Shown: positions 38,633-48,953, counted from the first letter of the stretch. The stretch: 64,000 nucleotides of DNA from an uncultured virus (IMG/VR IMGVR_UViG_3300009168_000043) (IMGVR_UViG_3300009168_000043), one strand, 5' to 3'. Numbers and translations: made by a program. The notes: generated from the sequence alone by a model not told the origin.

Positions 38633-39199
38633 TTAAATTAAGATGCTATCTAATTTAATCGTATTGCTTGCTGATATTCTATCTACACAAAGCACTCCAT
38701 TTTGATATTCTTTTTGACCACAGTATGGAGTGTTACGTTGTAAGAACTCTCTTAACTTATATTCAGCTTGAAGTTTCTGTTCCTTTTTTGAGATATTACT
38801 GTTGACCTCCACTCTGAACTCATACTGGTTTATTTCTAAAAGATCTGCAAATGCAGTTATTACCGATTTGTGCACGATGGGTTCATCTATGATCAATTCA
38901 TAATCCATACATGTGAATATTTTATCTTCACACTTACGATAACACACCAAGTGCTCATCGTAATCTCCTTCGTACCCATCTTCAAATATGACAGTTGGAG
39001 TAAGAGTTGACAATTCATTGAAAGCTTTCTCGTCATTCTTGCAATCAACTATAGCATAGATACGATTATCTTTTTCGCCAAGCACATAAATATCGAACTC
39101 TTCTGACGGAATGTTGTCTATAAGTTCTTTTTGCCAGTCAACTTCAATCATAGGATTCGGCAATAACATCCTAGCTTTTGACCACATATGAGTTTCCAT
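38633..39199 (-). CDS. Hypothetical protein
   Basis: 188 aa ORF. Confidence 0.7.
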   Translation of the reverse strand: METHMWSKARMLLPNPMIEVDWQKELIDNIPSEEFDIYVLGEKDNRIYAIVDCKNDEKAFNELSTLTPTVIFEDGYEGDYDEHLVCYRKCEDKIFTCMDYELIIDEPIVHKSVITAFADLLEINQYEFRVEVNSNISKKEQKLQAEYKLREFLQRNTPYCGQKEYQNGVLCVDRISASNTIKLDSILI

Positions 39200-39460
39200 G
39201 TTATGTTAAATTATAATATCGGGATAAAACAACACAAACATTGCAATTGCAACAGATATAACAGCTAAAACTAATAATGCTGTTTTGTTAGAAAAAACAG
39301 TAGTTTCTTCTATTTCTTTTTTTGCTTCTTCTTCTTTCATGATATTTAATTTGTTAGTAAATTATTCTAATAAAGAATAAATATTTTGATTATGTAAAAA
39401 TAACAAAAATAAATTTAATAGGGAAATCTTTTAACAACTATTTTTAACATTTATAAACAG

Positions 39461-39484
39461 CAAAAGAGGATTAATCCTCTTTTG
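39461..39484 (-). terminator. Intrinsic terminator overlapping the 39471 stop codon
   Basis: CAAAAGAGGATT AATCCTCTTTTG. Confidence 0.65.
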
Positions 39485-39674
39485 CTTCGTTATACGCTTC
39501 ATTGATAACATCTTTTATAAGTAAAGCAGTGATTTTTTCTTCAGGCAAGCTCCCTGTGTTCTCCCATCCAGAGTGCCATATCCACTTCCACTTCTTTGGA
39601 GTTTTTGCTTTAGAACCATACCTGCTTCTTTTTCCAAAAATAAGAGCTCGTTGAGACTGAGATTTTGCTGGCAT
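39471..39674 (-). CDS. Small basic protein (MPAKS-type, DUF3008-like)
   Basis: MPAKSQSQR ... LPE. Confidence 0.65.
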   Translation of the reverse strand: MPAKSQSQRALIFGKRSRYGSKAKTPKKWKWIWHSGWENTGSLPEEKITALLIKDVINEAYNEAKED

Positions 39675-39678
39675 AGTC

Positions 39679-39894
39679 TTATCCCTCCTTCATATCTGTA
39701 TCTTCAGATGGAAAACACCAACGACATCCGTTGTATCCCTGCTTTAACAGTTTGTTTGCTTTTCTAGAATAGATCTTTTGCTTATCTGTCATGAGCTCAA
39801 CGTGACAGTTATGTTTAAGATTATCTACTTTGTGCACCTCCATCGATCTATAATTCACGATATAAGGTCTTTTTAAAAATGAGAACATACACAT
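39679..39894 (-). CDS. Small Cys/His metal-binding protein (Ada metal-binding-like)
   Basis: H....C ... GYNGCRWC; ATATATAA at 39903-39910 upstream. Confidence 0.6.
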   Translation of the reverse strand: MCMFSFLKRPYIVNYRSMEVHKVDNLKHNCHVELMTDKQKIYSRKANKLLKQGYNGCRWCFPSEDTDMKEG

Positions 39895-39947
39895 ACTTTT
39901 TATTATATATATCGTCGTTCCATTTTAAACTAATTATTAAAAACCTA

Positions 39948-40041
39948 TCAGATACACATTCAGACCTTATCAGATTAAGCCTATCGTTCGATTCAATAAA
40001 TAATACTCTTTAAATATAATTCACTGTCTGAACGCATCTGA
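39948..40041. repeat. Phased TCAGA/TCTGA element, copy 5
   Basis: TCAGA 39948, 39960, 39970; TCTGA 40027, 40037. Confidence 0.65.
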
Positions 40042-40060
40042 AAAGGCAACATCTTAAACG

Positions 40061-41245
40061 TTAAGAAAAATTATCATTGTCTATAGAGCTTTGATCATTA
40101 GATCCTCCCCATTCGCTTTCCGCTCCGCCACCTCCAAATTCTCCTCCTCCAAACTCTACTTCTGGAACAGGATCAAACGGACTTTCAGTTATGAGATCTC
40201 CGATAGTGTCCGACATCATCACATCATTAGACACATATCCAGGTATGAGAGATAAAAACAATCCATCGTCTGTTGGTACTTCTCTTTTCTTAATGTACTC
40301 TTTAACATATTTTGTTTGACTTTCGTCTCCAATATAAAGACCATTTTCATCTTTCTCACATATGTTTTTTGACTTCGGTGTGAACTCTTGAATGCGTTTC
40401 AGGTACTGTCTCTTTTCTACATCACCGTGCCATACATGAAACAGATTGCCCTGCGTATATCCAATCATTCCTCTCACAACATCATAAAAGTCTTCACTCC
40501 ATGAGTTAATTTCATCAATGTTATCAGTAAAAGATTTAGTGATGCACGGATGATTTATCTGTCCAGCTGCAGCGTGAGCCATTATATGATCAGCTCCACC
40601 TATCAAAGCCCGGTCGTACAACATAATCTTATCGAACACTTCTCTACGTGCACCCCAAGCAAATCCAACGTGTCCATGAATGTTATAGTTATTATCGTCC
40701 CACAGAGATGTCTTCACATAGTTCGAACAGAAACTTCGCCAAACTTTAGAGTTTTCCATGTTCGGAATAAACTTTTTAGATACTGCATGTACATCAAACG
40801 ATGGTTCAGTTTGATCTTTATCCAAGTGTACGCAGCAATCGAAGGGCTGCATTATCATCTTTCCTTCCAATACCTTGCAGCTTTCAACTAACCAGTTTGG
40901 GTTATCAAACAGAACATCTGCATCCAGCCAAAACACATACTTATATTTCTTAGGAAGCTTAGATATTGCATAGTTTAACAAGCCTTCTTTGTGCCACAAC
41001 ATGCTACCCGAATGCAGTTGTGTAATGTTTTTATCCGTATTTATATCAAGTTCAGGTTCAGATCCATCTATTACACATTCAACTATTCTATAATTGAGGT
41101 GTTTGATGCTTTCGTAAAAAAGCTTGAACGCTTTTGATCTGTAAGGAGATCTTTGAGGATTAAAAAAACATGTAACTATCACAGCATCAGAATCAATCCG
41201 ATACTTTCTAGGACTAAGAAATAAGTTTTTAATAAAGTCTAACAT
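40061..41245 (-). CDS. GT-A glycosyltransferase-like protein with Gly-rich C-terminal tail
   Basis: WHKE.LLN, WLDAD (DxD), GFAW, GGAD, H.WHG; tail GGGEFGGGGA. Confidence 0.75.
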   Translation of the reverse strand: MLDFIKNLFLSPRKYRIDSDAVIVTCFFNPQRSPYRSKAFKLFYESIKHLNYRIVECVIDGSEPELDINTDKNITQLHSGSMLWHKEGLLNYAISKLPKKYKYVFWLDADVLFDNPNWLVESCKVLEGKMIMQPFDCCVHLDKDQTEPSFDVHAVSKKFIPNMENSKVWRSFCSNYVKTSLWDDNNYNIHGHVGFAWGARREVFDKIMLYDRALIGGADHIMAHAAAGQINHPCITKSFTDNIDEINSWSEDFYDVVRGMIGYTQGNLFHVWHGDVEKRQYLKRIQEFTPKSKNICEKDENGLYIGDESQTKYVKEYIKKREVPTDDGLFLSLIPGYVSNDVMMSDTIGDLITESPFDPVPEVEFGGGEFGGGGAESEWGGSNDQSSIDNDNFS

Positions 41246-41300
41246 AACTATAAATTTAAAATTATTGTCTGAGTGATAACTAATTAAATGAGTTTTACTG

Positions 41301-41501
41301 TTAAAATTGTAATTCTAACATGTTACTTTCCAAATCAAAACAGTCTCCATCCTGATCTTCCACCGTTATCATATCTTCTTTGAAATCAATAACAGTACCA
41401 ACAAATCCATACAAGTGCAAATCAAGGTTAGATGTAGGTTTGGCCACTTCTACTTGATCACCCTTTTTTACAACATCACCGTTACAATCAAAATGTTTCA
41501 T
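41301..41501 (-). CDS. Small SH3/KOW-like hypothetical protein
   Basis: DCNGDVVKKGDQV ... GTV; start moved to MKHFD. Confidence 0.6.
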   Translation of the reverse strand: MKHFDCNGDVVKKGDQVEVAKPTSNLDLHLYGFVGTVIDFKEDMITVEDQDGDCFDLESNMLELQF

Positions 41502-41509
41502 CTGTTTAG

Positions 41510-41803
41510 TTATTTTAATGCTAACAATCCACTTTCTACCAATCCCAGGATCTTCATCTGATTTGTATCTAGCCAAATACCAGGAAAGAAGAATACCGAG
41601 TTTCCTACAGCATCCAAGACGTTTACCATGCCCTTAGAATCGATGTTGACAAAGGCGCTGTTGACTAATCTCATATCGAAGTTTTTTCCGATGTTCTTGT
41701 ATTTTATCTCTCCTTCTTCAGAAATGTAAGATCCATCTTCGTTTTCTACTATAAATATAGACCTATCGGAGTTTATCCGAAGCAGTTTTCCGTGTGTATT
41801 CAT
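41510..41803 (-). CDS. Hypothetical protein
   Basis: ATG ORF. Confidence 0.6.
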   Translation of the reverse strand: MNTHGKLLRINSDRSIFIVENEDGSYISEEGEIKYKNIGKNFDMRLVNSAFVNIDSKGMVNVLDAVGNSVFFFPGIWLDTNQMKILGLVESGLLALK

Positions 41804-41806
41804 ATC

Positions 41807-42502
41807 TTAATAACCGTTAGGATGTAATTCGTGACCACACCACTGACAAAACCTGGGCTTATCTTCTAATGATTTATCGATCACATGTATTTCTTGAGCA
41901 TGCAATCTTTCTTCAGATTCTATGATGTCAATGATTTCAGACTGTGATAGTATCGGTAAAACGTGATGTGGCTCGTGTTTATCATCAAATCTGTAATGGG
42001 ATGATTCGCTTTCAACATACTTACCCCATTCATCTTTTTCATCGAGAATTGGTTTATACCACTCGGAAGGGTTTCTACCTTCATCTTTATTTTCAAACAC
42101 TTCCTCTAAAACTGGTTTATCATCATTAGCTTTAGATGAATACTTGTATTTCTTAGGATACGGTTTGTGCTCACCATTACGAACAGTAACGTAATTTCCA
42201 TCCGAATTTTTTTCCAAGTAAGAATGACCTAGACGTAGGTACCCATCATATCGGCAAAGCGCTCCACAAACCGCTCCTCTCCACCTGTTTAACAATCTGG
42301 TTTTATGATAATGTTTGCATGTTTTTGGATCGTACACATACACTCCAACCATGCATTTTCCAGAGTCATACGTTCCTTCACCGTGTTTCGCATCTACATA
42401 AAAACGTTGAACTTCTGTAAATGTAGATGGTCCATTGTTCTCCACCTTACTAAGCAGCTGTTCTTTGATGGTTGATTTATTTTCGCCGTTTTTCATGATC
42501 AA
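41807..42502 (-). CDS. Hypothetical protein (paralog of 37883-38629) with C-terminal CxxC
   Basis: Shared N-terminal domain; FCQWCG. Confidence 0.75.
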   Translation of the reverse strand: MIMKNGENKSTIKEQLLSKVENNGPSTFTEVQRFYVDAKHGEGTYDSGKCMVGVYVYDPKTCKHYHKTRLLNRWRGAVCGALCRYDGYLRLGHSYLEKNSDGNYVTVRNGEHKPYPKKYKYSSKANDDKPVLEEVFENKDEGRNPSEWYKPILDEKDEWGKYVESESSHYRFDDKHEPHHVLPILSQSEIIDIIESEERLHAQEIHVIDKSLEDKPRFCQWCGHELHPNGY

Positions 42503-42900
42503 TCATTTGTAAAGGATAGATTGTATTTCTTTGCAAGACTTAAATATATAGTTTCTGAAACGGTAAGAGTAGAACTCATATCTTTTATTATAGTCTGTAA
42601 TATCTTAATACGACAATCTGCATCAAACCTATCAAACCAGTAACTATGATCTTCATTTCGTATAGGATGATAAGCATACAATTCAACCAGTTTATCTAAG
42701 GGATATTCAAATCGATAATAAGAAGCATTGGGAATAAAAAAACAGAATCCGTACACAGCGTTAGGATTATAAATGTTTCTTTGTTTTTTTTCAATCATCG
42801 ATCTTAACATATGATCGTACATCACAATCCTATCTACATAAGATACTCTGACCCCAATCCTCGTAGCTGTCAACTTTATTATGTTTTTTTCTTTTGTCAT
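42499..42900 (-). CDS. Paralog family A
   Basis: RIVMY..ML ... GFC ... EL...P ... YWFD..D...RIKIL. Confidence 0.8.
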   Translation of the reverse strand: MTKEKNIIKLTATRIGVRVSYVDRIVMYDHMLRSMIEKKQRNIYNPNAVYGFCFFIPNASYYRFEYPLDKLVELYAYHPIRNEDHSYWFDRFDADCRIKILQTIIKDMSSTLTVSETIYLSLAKKYNLSFTND

Positions 42901-42902
42901 GA

Positions 42903-43082
42903 CTATTCTTCTACATCTGCTAAACCGTTAGCTAACAAATAATCAGAAGCAAGGTCTACTGCTCTTTCTATAGAACCACCTCTTTCGATAAAATCAACAA
43001 TTTCGTAATCTTCAAGTTCCAACGAAATGTAACTTTTTGTTTCCGACCATAAACTTTTAAATTCTTCTACTTTGGCTTCCAT
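42903..43082 (-). CDS. Small acidic hypothetical protein
   Basis: Start moved to MEAKVEE after promoter at 43109. Confidence 0.6.
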   Translation of the reverse strand: MEAKVEEFKSLWSETKSYISLELEDYEIVDFIERGGSIERAVDLASDYLLANGLADVEE

Positions 43083-43176
43083 TGCGATATGTTTTTTAAT
43101 TTGATACAGTAAAAATAACAAAAGTTTTCGATATATAAAAATCTTTGATAAACTATTTTAAAACTATTTTAATGTT

Positions 43177-43256
43177 TCTGTCACTTTCAGACGATGCATT
43201 AATTTTAGTGTGGTATTCCACCAATAAATAATCATGCACTATTCAGACACATCTGA
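43177..43256. repeat. Phased TCAGA/TCTGA element, copy 6 (overlaps the end of the 43239 gene)
   Basis: TCTGT 43177, TCAGA 43187; TCAGA 43243, TCTGA 43252. Confidence 0.55.
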
Positions 43257-43910
43257 ACCATGTAAAGACTTATCTAATAAATCTTTATTAGAATCAAACC
43301 ACTCGTAGTATTTTGCAATCCTTTTCACATCATTCATGTAAAAAACTCCCTTTCCAATGGTAACAGATGTTAAAAACCTGATAGAATTACTGATAGAATT
43401 CTTATCATTAAAATGTTCATTAATTATAGATTGATTCAGTTTATTTATCTCGATAAAGTATTTTTTGTGTATACGAGCACAACCGAACCTAACGTAATCA
43501 TCATCAAAATTCGCACGATAATTATTAATTAAAATTATTGGTTTGATTGCTAAAATGATTTCATCTGTTGTTGCTTTTCTAAAATCAGCACACATTCCTC
43601 CCCCTATATCAGATGATAAGCTCTTCACAGGCCAGTACGTTCCTTTCATGTACTTAGCTTTATCACCTACGATCAAAAAAGTCTTTTCCTCGGTCATACA
43701 CAACCAGCCTGACCTGTTTTTAGTTACAGTTACCCAATCTCCTATCTTTAAGTTTTCTTCATAAACAGGTTCCCAAAACTCAGGATAATTTTCACACATG
43801 GACATCAATTTAGATGTACTATCTATTTCACCACTTCCAGGATACTTCTTTATGAGTTTATAGTGTAAGGGTTTCATATCAATCGAATTTAACTTATCTC
43901 GTTTTTTCAT
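43239..43910 (-). CDS. Hypothetical protein (paralog of 32986-33456)
   Basis: YKLIKKYPGS, YPEFWE; shared C-terminal motifs. Confidence 0.75.
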   Translation of the reverse strand: MKKRDKLNSIDMKPLHYKLIKKYPGSGEIDSTSKLMSMCENYPEFWEPVYEENLKIGDWVTVTKNRSGWLCMTEEKTFLIVGDKAKYMKGTYWPVKSLSSDIGGGMCADFRKATTDEIILAIKPIILINNYRANFDDDYVRFGCARIHKKYFIEINKLNQSIINEHFNDKNSISNSIRFLTSVTIGKGVFYMNDVKRIAKYYEWFDSNKDLLDKSLHGSDVSE

Positions 43911-43917
43911 TTTTATT

Positions 43918-44289
43918 TTAAAACATTTTTGTTAATATATTCCAAACTTTCAAGTTAATAGTTTCTTCTCCCATAAACAACGAAAACTTAGTAGGACCAC
44001 TTGCTATATTGTGCAAAACATGGCCATCTTTAGAAAGGTTAACTAGACCACAACACATTCCACCATCTCTCATGGCCATTATTTGAACACAAGCCAACTC
44101 ATTTCGTGGAGCAGATCCAGCCCAGGGCAGTCCCCATATCATTACAGATGTTATAGATTCATCATAAGGTTTTATAATAGTCAATAATTCCCTAGCACAC
44201 TTTTCTCTGTAAGCAGCCCTTCCTCTTGTCCAAGACTCGTTCACCTTTGGATCTATAACCTTTCTGTTTGAACTAACACTGGTACTCAT
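43918..44289 (-). CDS. Hypothetical protein
   Basis: ATG ORF. Confidence 0.65.
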   Translation of the reverse strand: MSTSVSSNRKVIDPKVNESWTRGRAAYREKCARELLTIIKPYDESITSVMIWGLPWAGSAPRNELACVQIMAMRDGGMCCGLVNLSKDGHVLHNIASGPTKFSLFMGEETINLKVWNILTKMF

Positions 44290-44863
44290 TTGGATTATCT
44301 TTGATTTTAACTAAAAGAACACGAGCTTCTTCCTTTGTCAAACGTAGTGATGTTCTTCCATCACCTAAACTGCCAAAAGTCATATCTTCTTTCAGCTCTC
44401 TATCATCTATTCCATTCATGCTGTCTCCTGTTATGATAGAACAGTGGCTGTACACTGTGTATGGCTTCTTTTTATCTCTCATAATGGTGTGAACCTCAGC
44501 TATACGTGGCTGGGCTGCATCAAAATTTATTACATTCGTTGCAGCCTCAATTGCTTCGTTTAACAGATTTATTCTCGAATCGTAATCTCTTGGAGAAAAC
44601 CACCAATTGCCAGAATGATTACGTGCTGGTTTAAGGGCAATAAGCTCAGGAAAGAGTTTAATTACATAGTTAGTTGCAAACACATTAAACTCTGACGGAA
44701 AACACAGACACAATCCACACAACCAATTATCGTATTTGTTTATGTACACCTGTTTTAACAGATAATTGTACATGTTGATCCTATATTTAGGATCTTTTAT
44801 CTTTTTTCTTAATTCTTTCCTTGTCTGTTTATTTTCTTGTGATAAGTATTTCATGATATACAA
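44273..44863 (-). CDS. Paralog family A with C-terminal extension
   Basis: RINMY.YLL ... GLC..FP ... FPEL...KP ... WWF...DYDSRINLL. Confidence 0.8.
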   Translation of the reverse strand: MYIMKYLSQENKQTRKELRKKIKDPKYRINMYNYLLKQVYINKYDNWLCGLCLCFPSEFNVFATNYVIKLFPELIALKPARNHSGNWWFSPRDYDSRINLLNEAIEAATNVINFDAAQPRIAEVHTIMRDKKKPYTVYSHCSIITGDSMNGIDDRELKEDMTFGSLGDGRTSLRLTKEEARVLLVKIKDNPNEYQC

Positions 44864-44976
44864 TTTAAGATCGGGTTACTCATAGCTGTGTTTTAATTAT
44901 CAAATAAAATTAACCAAAAAAAACGAATATATGAAATCTTTTTATGACTATTTTGAACTATTTTATAATAACAGTC

Positions 44977-45717
44977 TCATTTAATCTTTTCTATGTTAAC
45001 TATTTTATCACCTTCTACATAGTAAACAGTTCTATCTGTTGTATCTAATATGTCTTTCACCACGTAATACTTTATAGTTTTTTCACCTATCTTTATTGAG
45101 GTCTTTTTCACATCAATCAAAGACACGAATTCCTGTAACATCTTTACAGAGTTTTCACCCATGCCAACATTAACGATACCCATCATCAATAACATCTTTA
45201 AATCATCAGACATATCAATTAGGTCCCTTGCGTTCTGAACCATACACATCTTATCAAACATGCGTCTATTATGTTTTATCTTTTCTAATAGCTTTGCTCT
45301 GTTTCTTTTATTCAAATTTTCTCGTGAATAGTATTTCTTTCCTTCATCAGTTTCTTTCCATTTCGACCATTCATCACGTACAGATTCTGGCTCATAGCTA
45401 AATCTAAGACTGTCATAATAGTAAGGCAATGGATCGGTTGGAAAATTAAACATGTCATAGAACGAATCTTTTACTAAAGGATCTAGTTCTATCGAATTAA
45501 CCTTTCTTATTGAATCTATATAGTTCTTCCACACCCTATCTTCTTCAAACTCTTCGTAAAAAACTACCTTTTCGTTGGATGGAATATCAGACACATACTT
45601 GAATATTTCAGGCTTAGAAAGTTCAGAAATGACAACCATCTTAGATATGGTAGCTACCAATATTGCTAACAATAATATCGCGGTGACAATTGATCCAATC
45701 TTTAACAGGTTTTTCAT
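44977..45717 (-). CDS. Hypothetical protein with N-terminal membrane anchor
   Basis: Hydrophobic N-terminus. Confidence 0.7.
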   Translation of the reverse strand: MKNLLKIGSIVTAILLLAILVATISKMVVISELSKPEIFKYVSDIPSNEKVVFYEEFEEDRVWKNYIDSIRKVNSIELDPLVKDSFYDMFNFPTDPLPYYYDSLRFSYEPESVRDEWSKWKETDEGKKYYSRENLNKRNRAKLLEKIKHNRRMFDKMCMVQNARDLIDMSDDLKMLLMMGIVNVGMGENSVKMLQEFVSLIDVKKTSIKIGEKTIKYYVVKDILDTTDRTVYYVEGDKIVNIEKIK

Positions 45718-46334
45718 GATACAATGGTTTTATATAGATTAGTTATGTACTCTGCAAAGCCATTTAAAGTTCCCCAGTCAGGCATATAAATTTCCATGAT
45801 AGTAGAATTACCGTATGTTTGAAAGAAATCTACAAGACGTTTTATCTTTTCTTCACTTGAATCGTTGCTTTCTACTATCTCATAGTATTCTTCCACTGCA
45901 TCATCGTTATCTTCAGGTAGATATTTGTCCATCTTAAAATAGAGCTCTCCATAGTCAACATCTTTAGATGCATCGTTGTTGACCACTATCTTATCTCCTA
46001 CTACATCTTTCCAGACAGTTAATGCTTCCTTTTCTGTTTCAAACTCAACAAAGAACCAAATAGATCTCTTTCCTTCCCATGATATCTCTTTGCCCATTAA
46101 ATGACATGTGTGAGATCTTTCTGGTCCAGGAACATCTGTCATCTGGCCAAGATCTATTACACTGTTTCGAAACTGTTGAGATGCTTTATCAAGAGCTGCT
46201 TTAGTGTATCTTACAGCAGAACTGTTCTGTTCTGAGGACTTTCCGTAACGATTGTGGTTTGCAAAGAAACCGTTTTTAAGCTTAATAAAATCTTTAGGAC
46301 TTTTCAGCTTATTCCATCTGTTATATGTTCTCAT
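45714..46334 (-). CDS. Hypothetical protein (N-terminal part paralogous to 36051-36362)
   Basis: Shared RSHT/WE/VGD.I.VNN motifs. Confidence 0.75.
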   Translation of the reverse strand: MRTYNRWNKLKSPKDFIKLKNGFFANHNRYGKSSEQNSSAVRYTKAALDKASQQFRNSVIDLGQMTDVPGPERSHTCHLMGKEISWEGKRSIWFFVEFETEKEALTVWKDVVGDKIVVNNDASKDVDYGELYFKMDKYLPEDNDDAVEEYYEIVESNDSSEEKIKRLVDFFQTYGNSTIMEIYMPDWGTLNGFAEYITNLYKTIVS

Positions 46335-46420
46335 TTGTTAAATTGTTTTAATTTGATTAGGTAAAAATAACAAATATATTTTAAACGATAAAACTTTTAC
46401 CTAACTATTTTAAAACATTT

Positions 46421-46798
46421 TTAACGTAAACCTAAGTTGGCTTCTATCTTAGACTTCAAACCAACGATTATATCGGTAAGGATCTCTTTCCTCACGTTTA
46501 CGTCAGTTGCATCGAACCAGTACGATCCAAATCTTGAATGATCTTTTGGTTTCATCTTCCACAGCTCTGGTAAAACTTTCAACCGGGAATCCAGCTGCAA
46601 CCGTTTAGTCTTTTTAATGAAACGCGGAGTGTACAGGCAAAAACCGAACAAAAGATTTCCTTCTTCGTATCCCCTCACTATACGATCAAACATGAATTCG
46701 TAAACTGCAAGCCTTGTGCGGTCATCGCTAAGAACCTCTTTTAACTTCTTAATAGAACTACACGGTTCTATGGTCAGTAATGTTTCATTTGTTTCCAT
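46421..46798 (-). CDS. Paralog family A
   Basis: RLAVYEFM ... GFC..TP ... LPELW..KP ... YWFD.TD..VR..IL. Confidence 0.8.
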   Translation of the reverse strand: METNETLLTIEPCSSIKKLKEVLSDDRTRLAVYEFMFDRIVRGYEEGNLLFGFCLYTPRFIKKTKRLQLDSRLKVLPELWKMKPKDHSRFGSYWFDATDVNVRKEILTDIIVGLKSKIEANLGLR

Positions 46799-46830
46799 TG
46801 TAAATGTGTTATGATTTAAACTTTTTTGTT

Positions 46831-47211
46831 TCACACAATGTTCGATTCCATTTCACTAATGATGGTTTCTAATATCTTTATTCTAACTATAGAATCATAT
46901 CTACTAAACCACCAACCTTTCTCTGCGTTCTTTTTAGGTTTGTACTTAAGAAGTTCTGGACACATTCTTAACCTGTACCAGTAAATAAACACACCGAATT
47001 CTGGAGGAAAAGAAATACAGAATCCGGTCCTAGCTTCGTAACAAGAATTCGTGTGCCATTTCATCGTTTTTAACATGTATTTATAAACTATCAAACGATA
47101 CGATGCAGCCAACATTTTGGTTCTTATTGCTTTTCTTTCTTTTGCTTCATCCCTTTTAACTTTACATCTGTAATGTGAATCGTAGCCTTGATGTATATCA
47201 TCTGTTATCAT
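46831..47211 (-). CDS. Paralog family A
   Basis: RLIVY.YML ... GFC..FP ... PEL...KP ... WWF...D..VRIKIL. Confidence 0.8.
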   Translation of the reverse strand: MITDDIHQGYDSHYRCKVKRDEAKERKAIRTKMLAASYRLIVYKYMLKTMKWHTNSCYEARTGFCISFPPEFGVFIYWYRLRMCPELLKYKPKKNAEKGWWFSRYDSIVRIKILETIISEMESNIV

Positions 47212-47578
47212 GGTTCGACGTTGTTTTTGAACTCATTTCTTCTATAATAGTGTTAAGAATACTAATCCTCGTATCATAATCAAATGGTTGAAACCACCAC
47301 GAGAACGTAAAACGTTTTGATATAGGTGGTCGATGAACCCTTAACTCTGGAAACAGACTTATCCTTTTTGCCATATCAAAAGCGTCGTATTCTTCTGGAA
47401 AAGACCTGCAAAACCCGCACGTGTTTGCTATAGATTGCTTAAATTCTATAGTTTCTAACATTGATCTGTACACCTTTAGCCTGTTTGCAGGATCTGTAAT
47501 TTCCTTACGAATGCGTGATCTTATTAACCTTTCTTTGTATATAGACCACTTTCCTGAATTACCACGTTTTCTTATCAT
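47198..47578 (-). CDS. Paralog family A
   Basis: RLKVY..ML ... GFC..FP ... FPEL...RP ... WWF...DYDTRISIL. Confidence 0.8.
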   Translation of the reverse strand: MIRKRGNSGKWSIYKERLIRSRIRKEITDPANRLKVYRSMLETIEFKQSIANTCGFCRSFPEEYDAFDMAKRISLFPELRVHRPPISKRFTFSWWFQPFDYDTRISILNTIIEEMSSKTTSNHDNR

Positions 47579-47583
47579 CTTAA

Positions 47584-47964
47584 TTACGAATTTTTATCTG
47601 TTATAGATAACTTCTTTTTTAACCTTGAAATGATCTTATTTAGGATTGCATACCTCACATCAAAATCCGTGTGATCAAACCAGAATGCTCCGTGAGGGAA
47701 TTCATGATCTTCTGGTCTTTTTCGCCAGAGCTCCGGCAAGGATCTTAATCTGTATTTGGTATGAAGATTCGGAACAACCTTCATGAAGAGAGGTGTGCTT
47801 ATACACATAGATGCAGAGTAACCAATTTCTTGTCTGTGATGCAGTTCAGTTAACATATAGATGTAAACTGCTAGTCTCAATCTATCATCTTTCAGGCACT
47901 CTTTCAGATCTTTTTCTTCTTCAAACAGATCAAGTGGCACGACTTTAATCAAATCTTTTTCCAT
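47584..47964 (-). CDS. Paralog family A
   Basis: RLAVY.YML ... SMC..TP ... LPELW.KRP ... FWFD.TD..VR..IL. Confidence 0.8.
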   Translation of the reverse strand: MEKDLIKVVPLDLFEEEKDLKECLKDDRLRLAVYIYMLTELHHRQEIGYSASMCISTPLFMKVVPNLHTKYRLRSLPELWRKRPEDHEFPHGAFWFDHTDFDVRYAILNKIISRLKKKLSITDKNS

Positions 47965-48340
47965 ACCGTGTAAGTTATTGAGTTATTCTTTATTGCTCTT
48001 TGTATCTAAGTACACAGCATATCCAGCCATAAACAGGATAAAAATCAAACCTCTTGTGTCAGTATTGGCCTTAAATGTTTCAGGATTGATGCACTGTGCA
48101 ACATAAAGCAGTCCTACAAAAGTTATTAGTCTCATATGGTTTAAATTAATTAGGGTTTAACCTACGTAAATCTTCTACTTTTCTTTCTATCTCAGCACAA
48201 TCTTCTGATAGGATTCCGTAATAAAGAGCTCCACCCATTTGATTCCTGATAGATCTTGCTTCTTCAAGCTTCTTCAACCCATCTTCAACCGTATCGAACT
48301 CTAAGTATTTGTGTAAGTAATTCATATGATTATAGCTATT

Positions 48341-48700
48341 TTAGTTGTGTTTAGCTTTCATTTTCTTTATGATATTTTTAATGAGATTAATTCTCACATT
48401 AAAATTCGTTGGGTCAAACCAGTATGCTTGGGGAAACCATTTCTGACGAAGTGGTCTTTTATTCCAGAGCTCTGGCAGGACCATCAGACGAGTGCTTAAT
48501 CTGTCTTCTCTATCTGCAGCAATGAAAAACGGGACCATGGAACACATTCCAGCATAGCAGCCTTCCACTTTTTGACACCGTTCAAGAGTATTTAAGATGA
48601 ATTCGTACACAGCGATTCTAACGTTAGGATCGCTTAGGTACTCTATCATTTCCTTTCTGGTTGAGAAATCCTCTTCTGGCAAAACTATTCTTTCATTCAT
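48341..48700 (-). CDS. Paralog family A
   Basis: RIAVYEFIL ... GMC..VP ... LPELW.KRP ... YWFD.T...VRINLI. Confidence 0.8.
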   Translation of the reverse strand: MNERIVLPEEDFSTRKEMIEYLSDPNVRIAVYEFILNTLERCQKVEGCYAGMCSMVPFFIAADREDRLSTRLMVLPELWNKRPLRQKWFPQAYWFDPTNFNVRINLIKNIIKKMKAKHN

Positions 48701-48740
48701 GATGTATCTTTGTGTGATTTATAACTAATGTTATAAAGTT

Positions 48741-48935
48741 TCAACGTTTTCTTTTTCCTAAAGCTGAAATCTTAACAGTAACAATGTTGGGTTTTATACT
48801 GACATCAAACCATTTAAACAGCTTTCTTAACTGTGGTAACATCTCGTTGAACTCTTTGTAAGACATCGTGTGAGATGTTGACAGACAATTTCCAAGAGAT
48901 GTTTTTCTATACTCTATTATGTCGTTAATCGTCAT
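48741..48935 (-). CDS. Hypothetical protein
   Basis: ATG ORF. Confidence 0.55.
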   Translation of the reverse strand: MTINDIIEYRKTSLGNCLSTSHTMSYKEFNEMLPQLRKLFKWFDVSIKPNIVTVKISALGKRKR

Positions 48936-48953
48936 ATAATGATCTGTTAAGTG

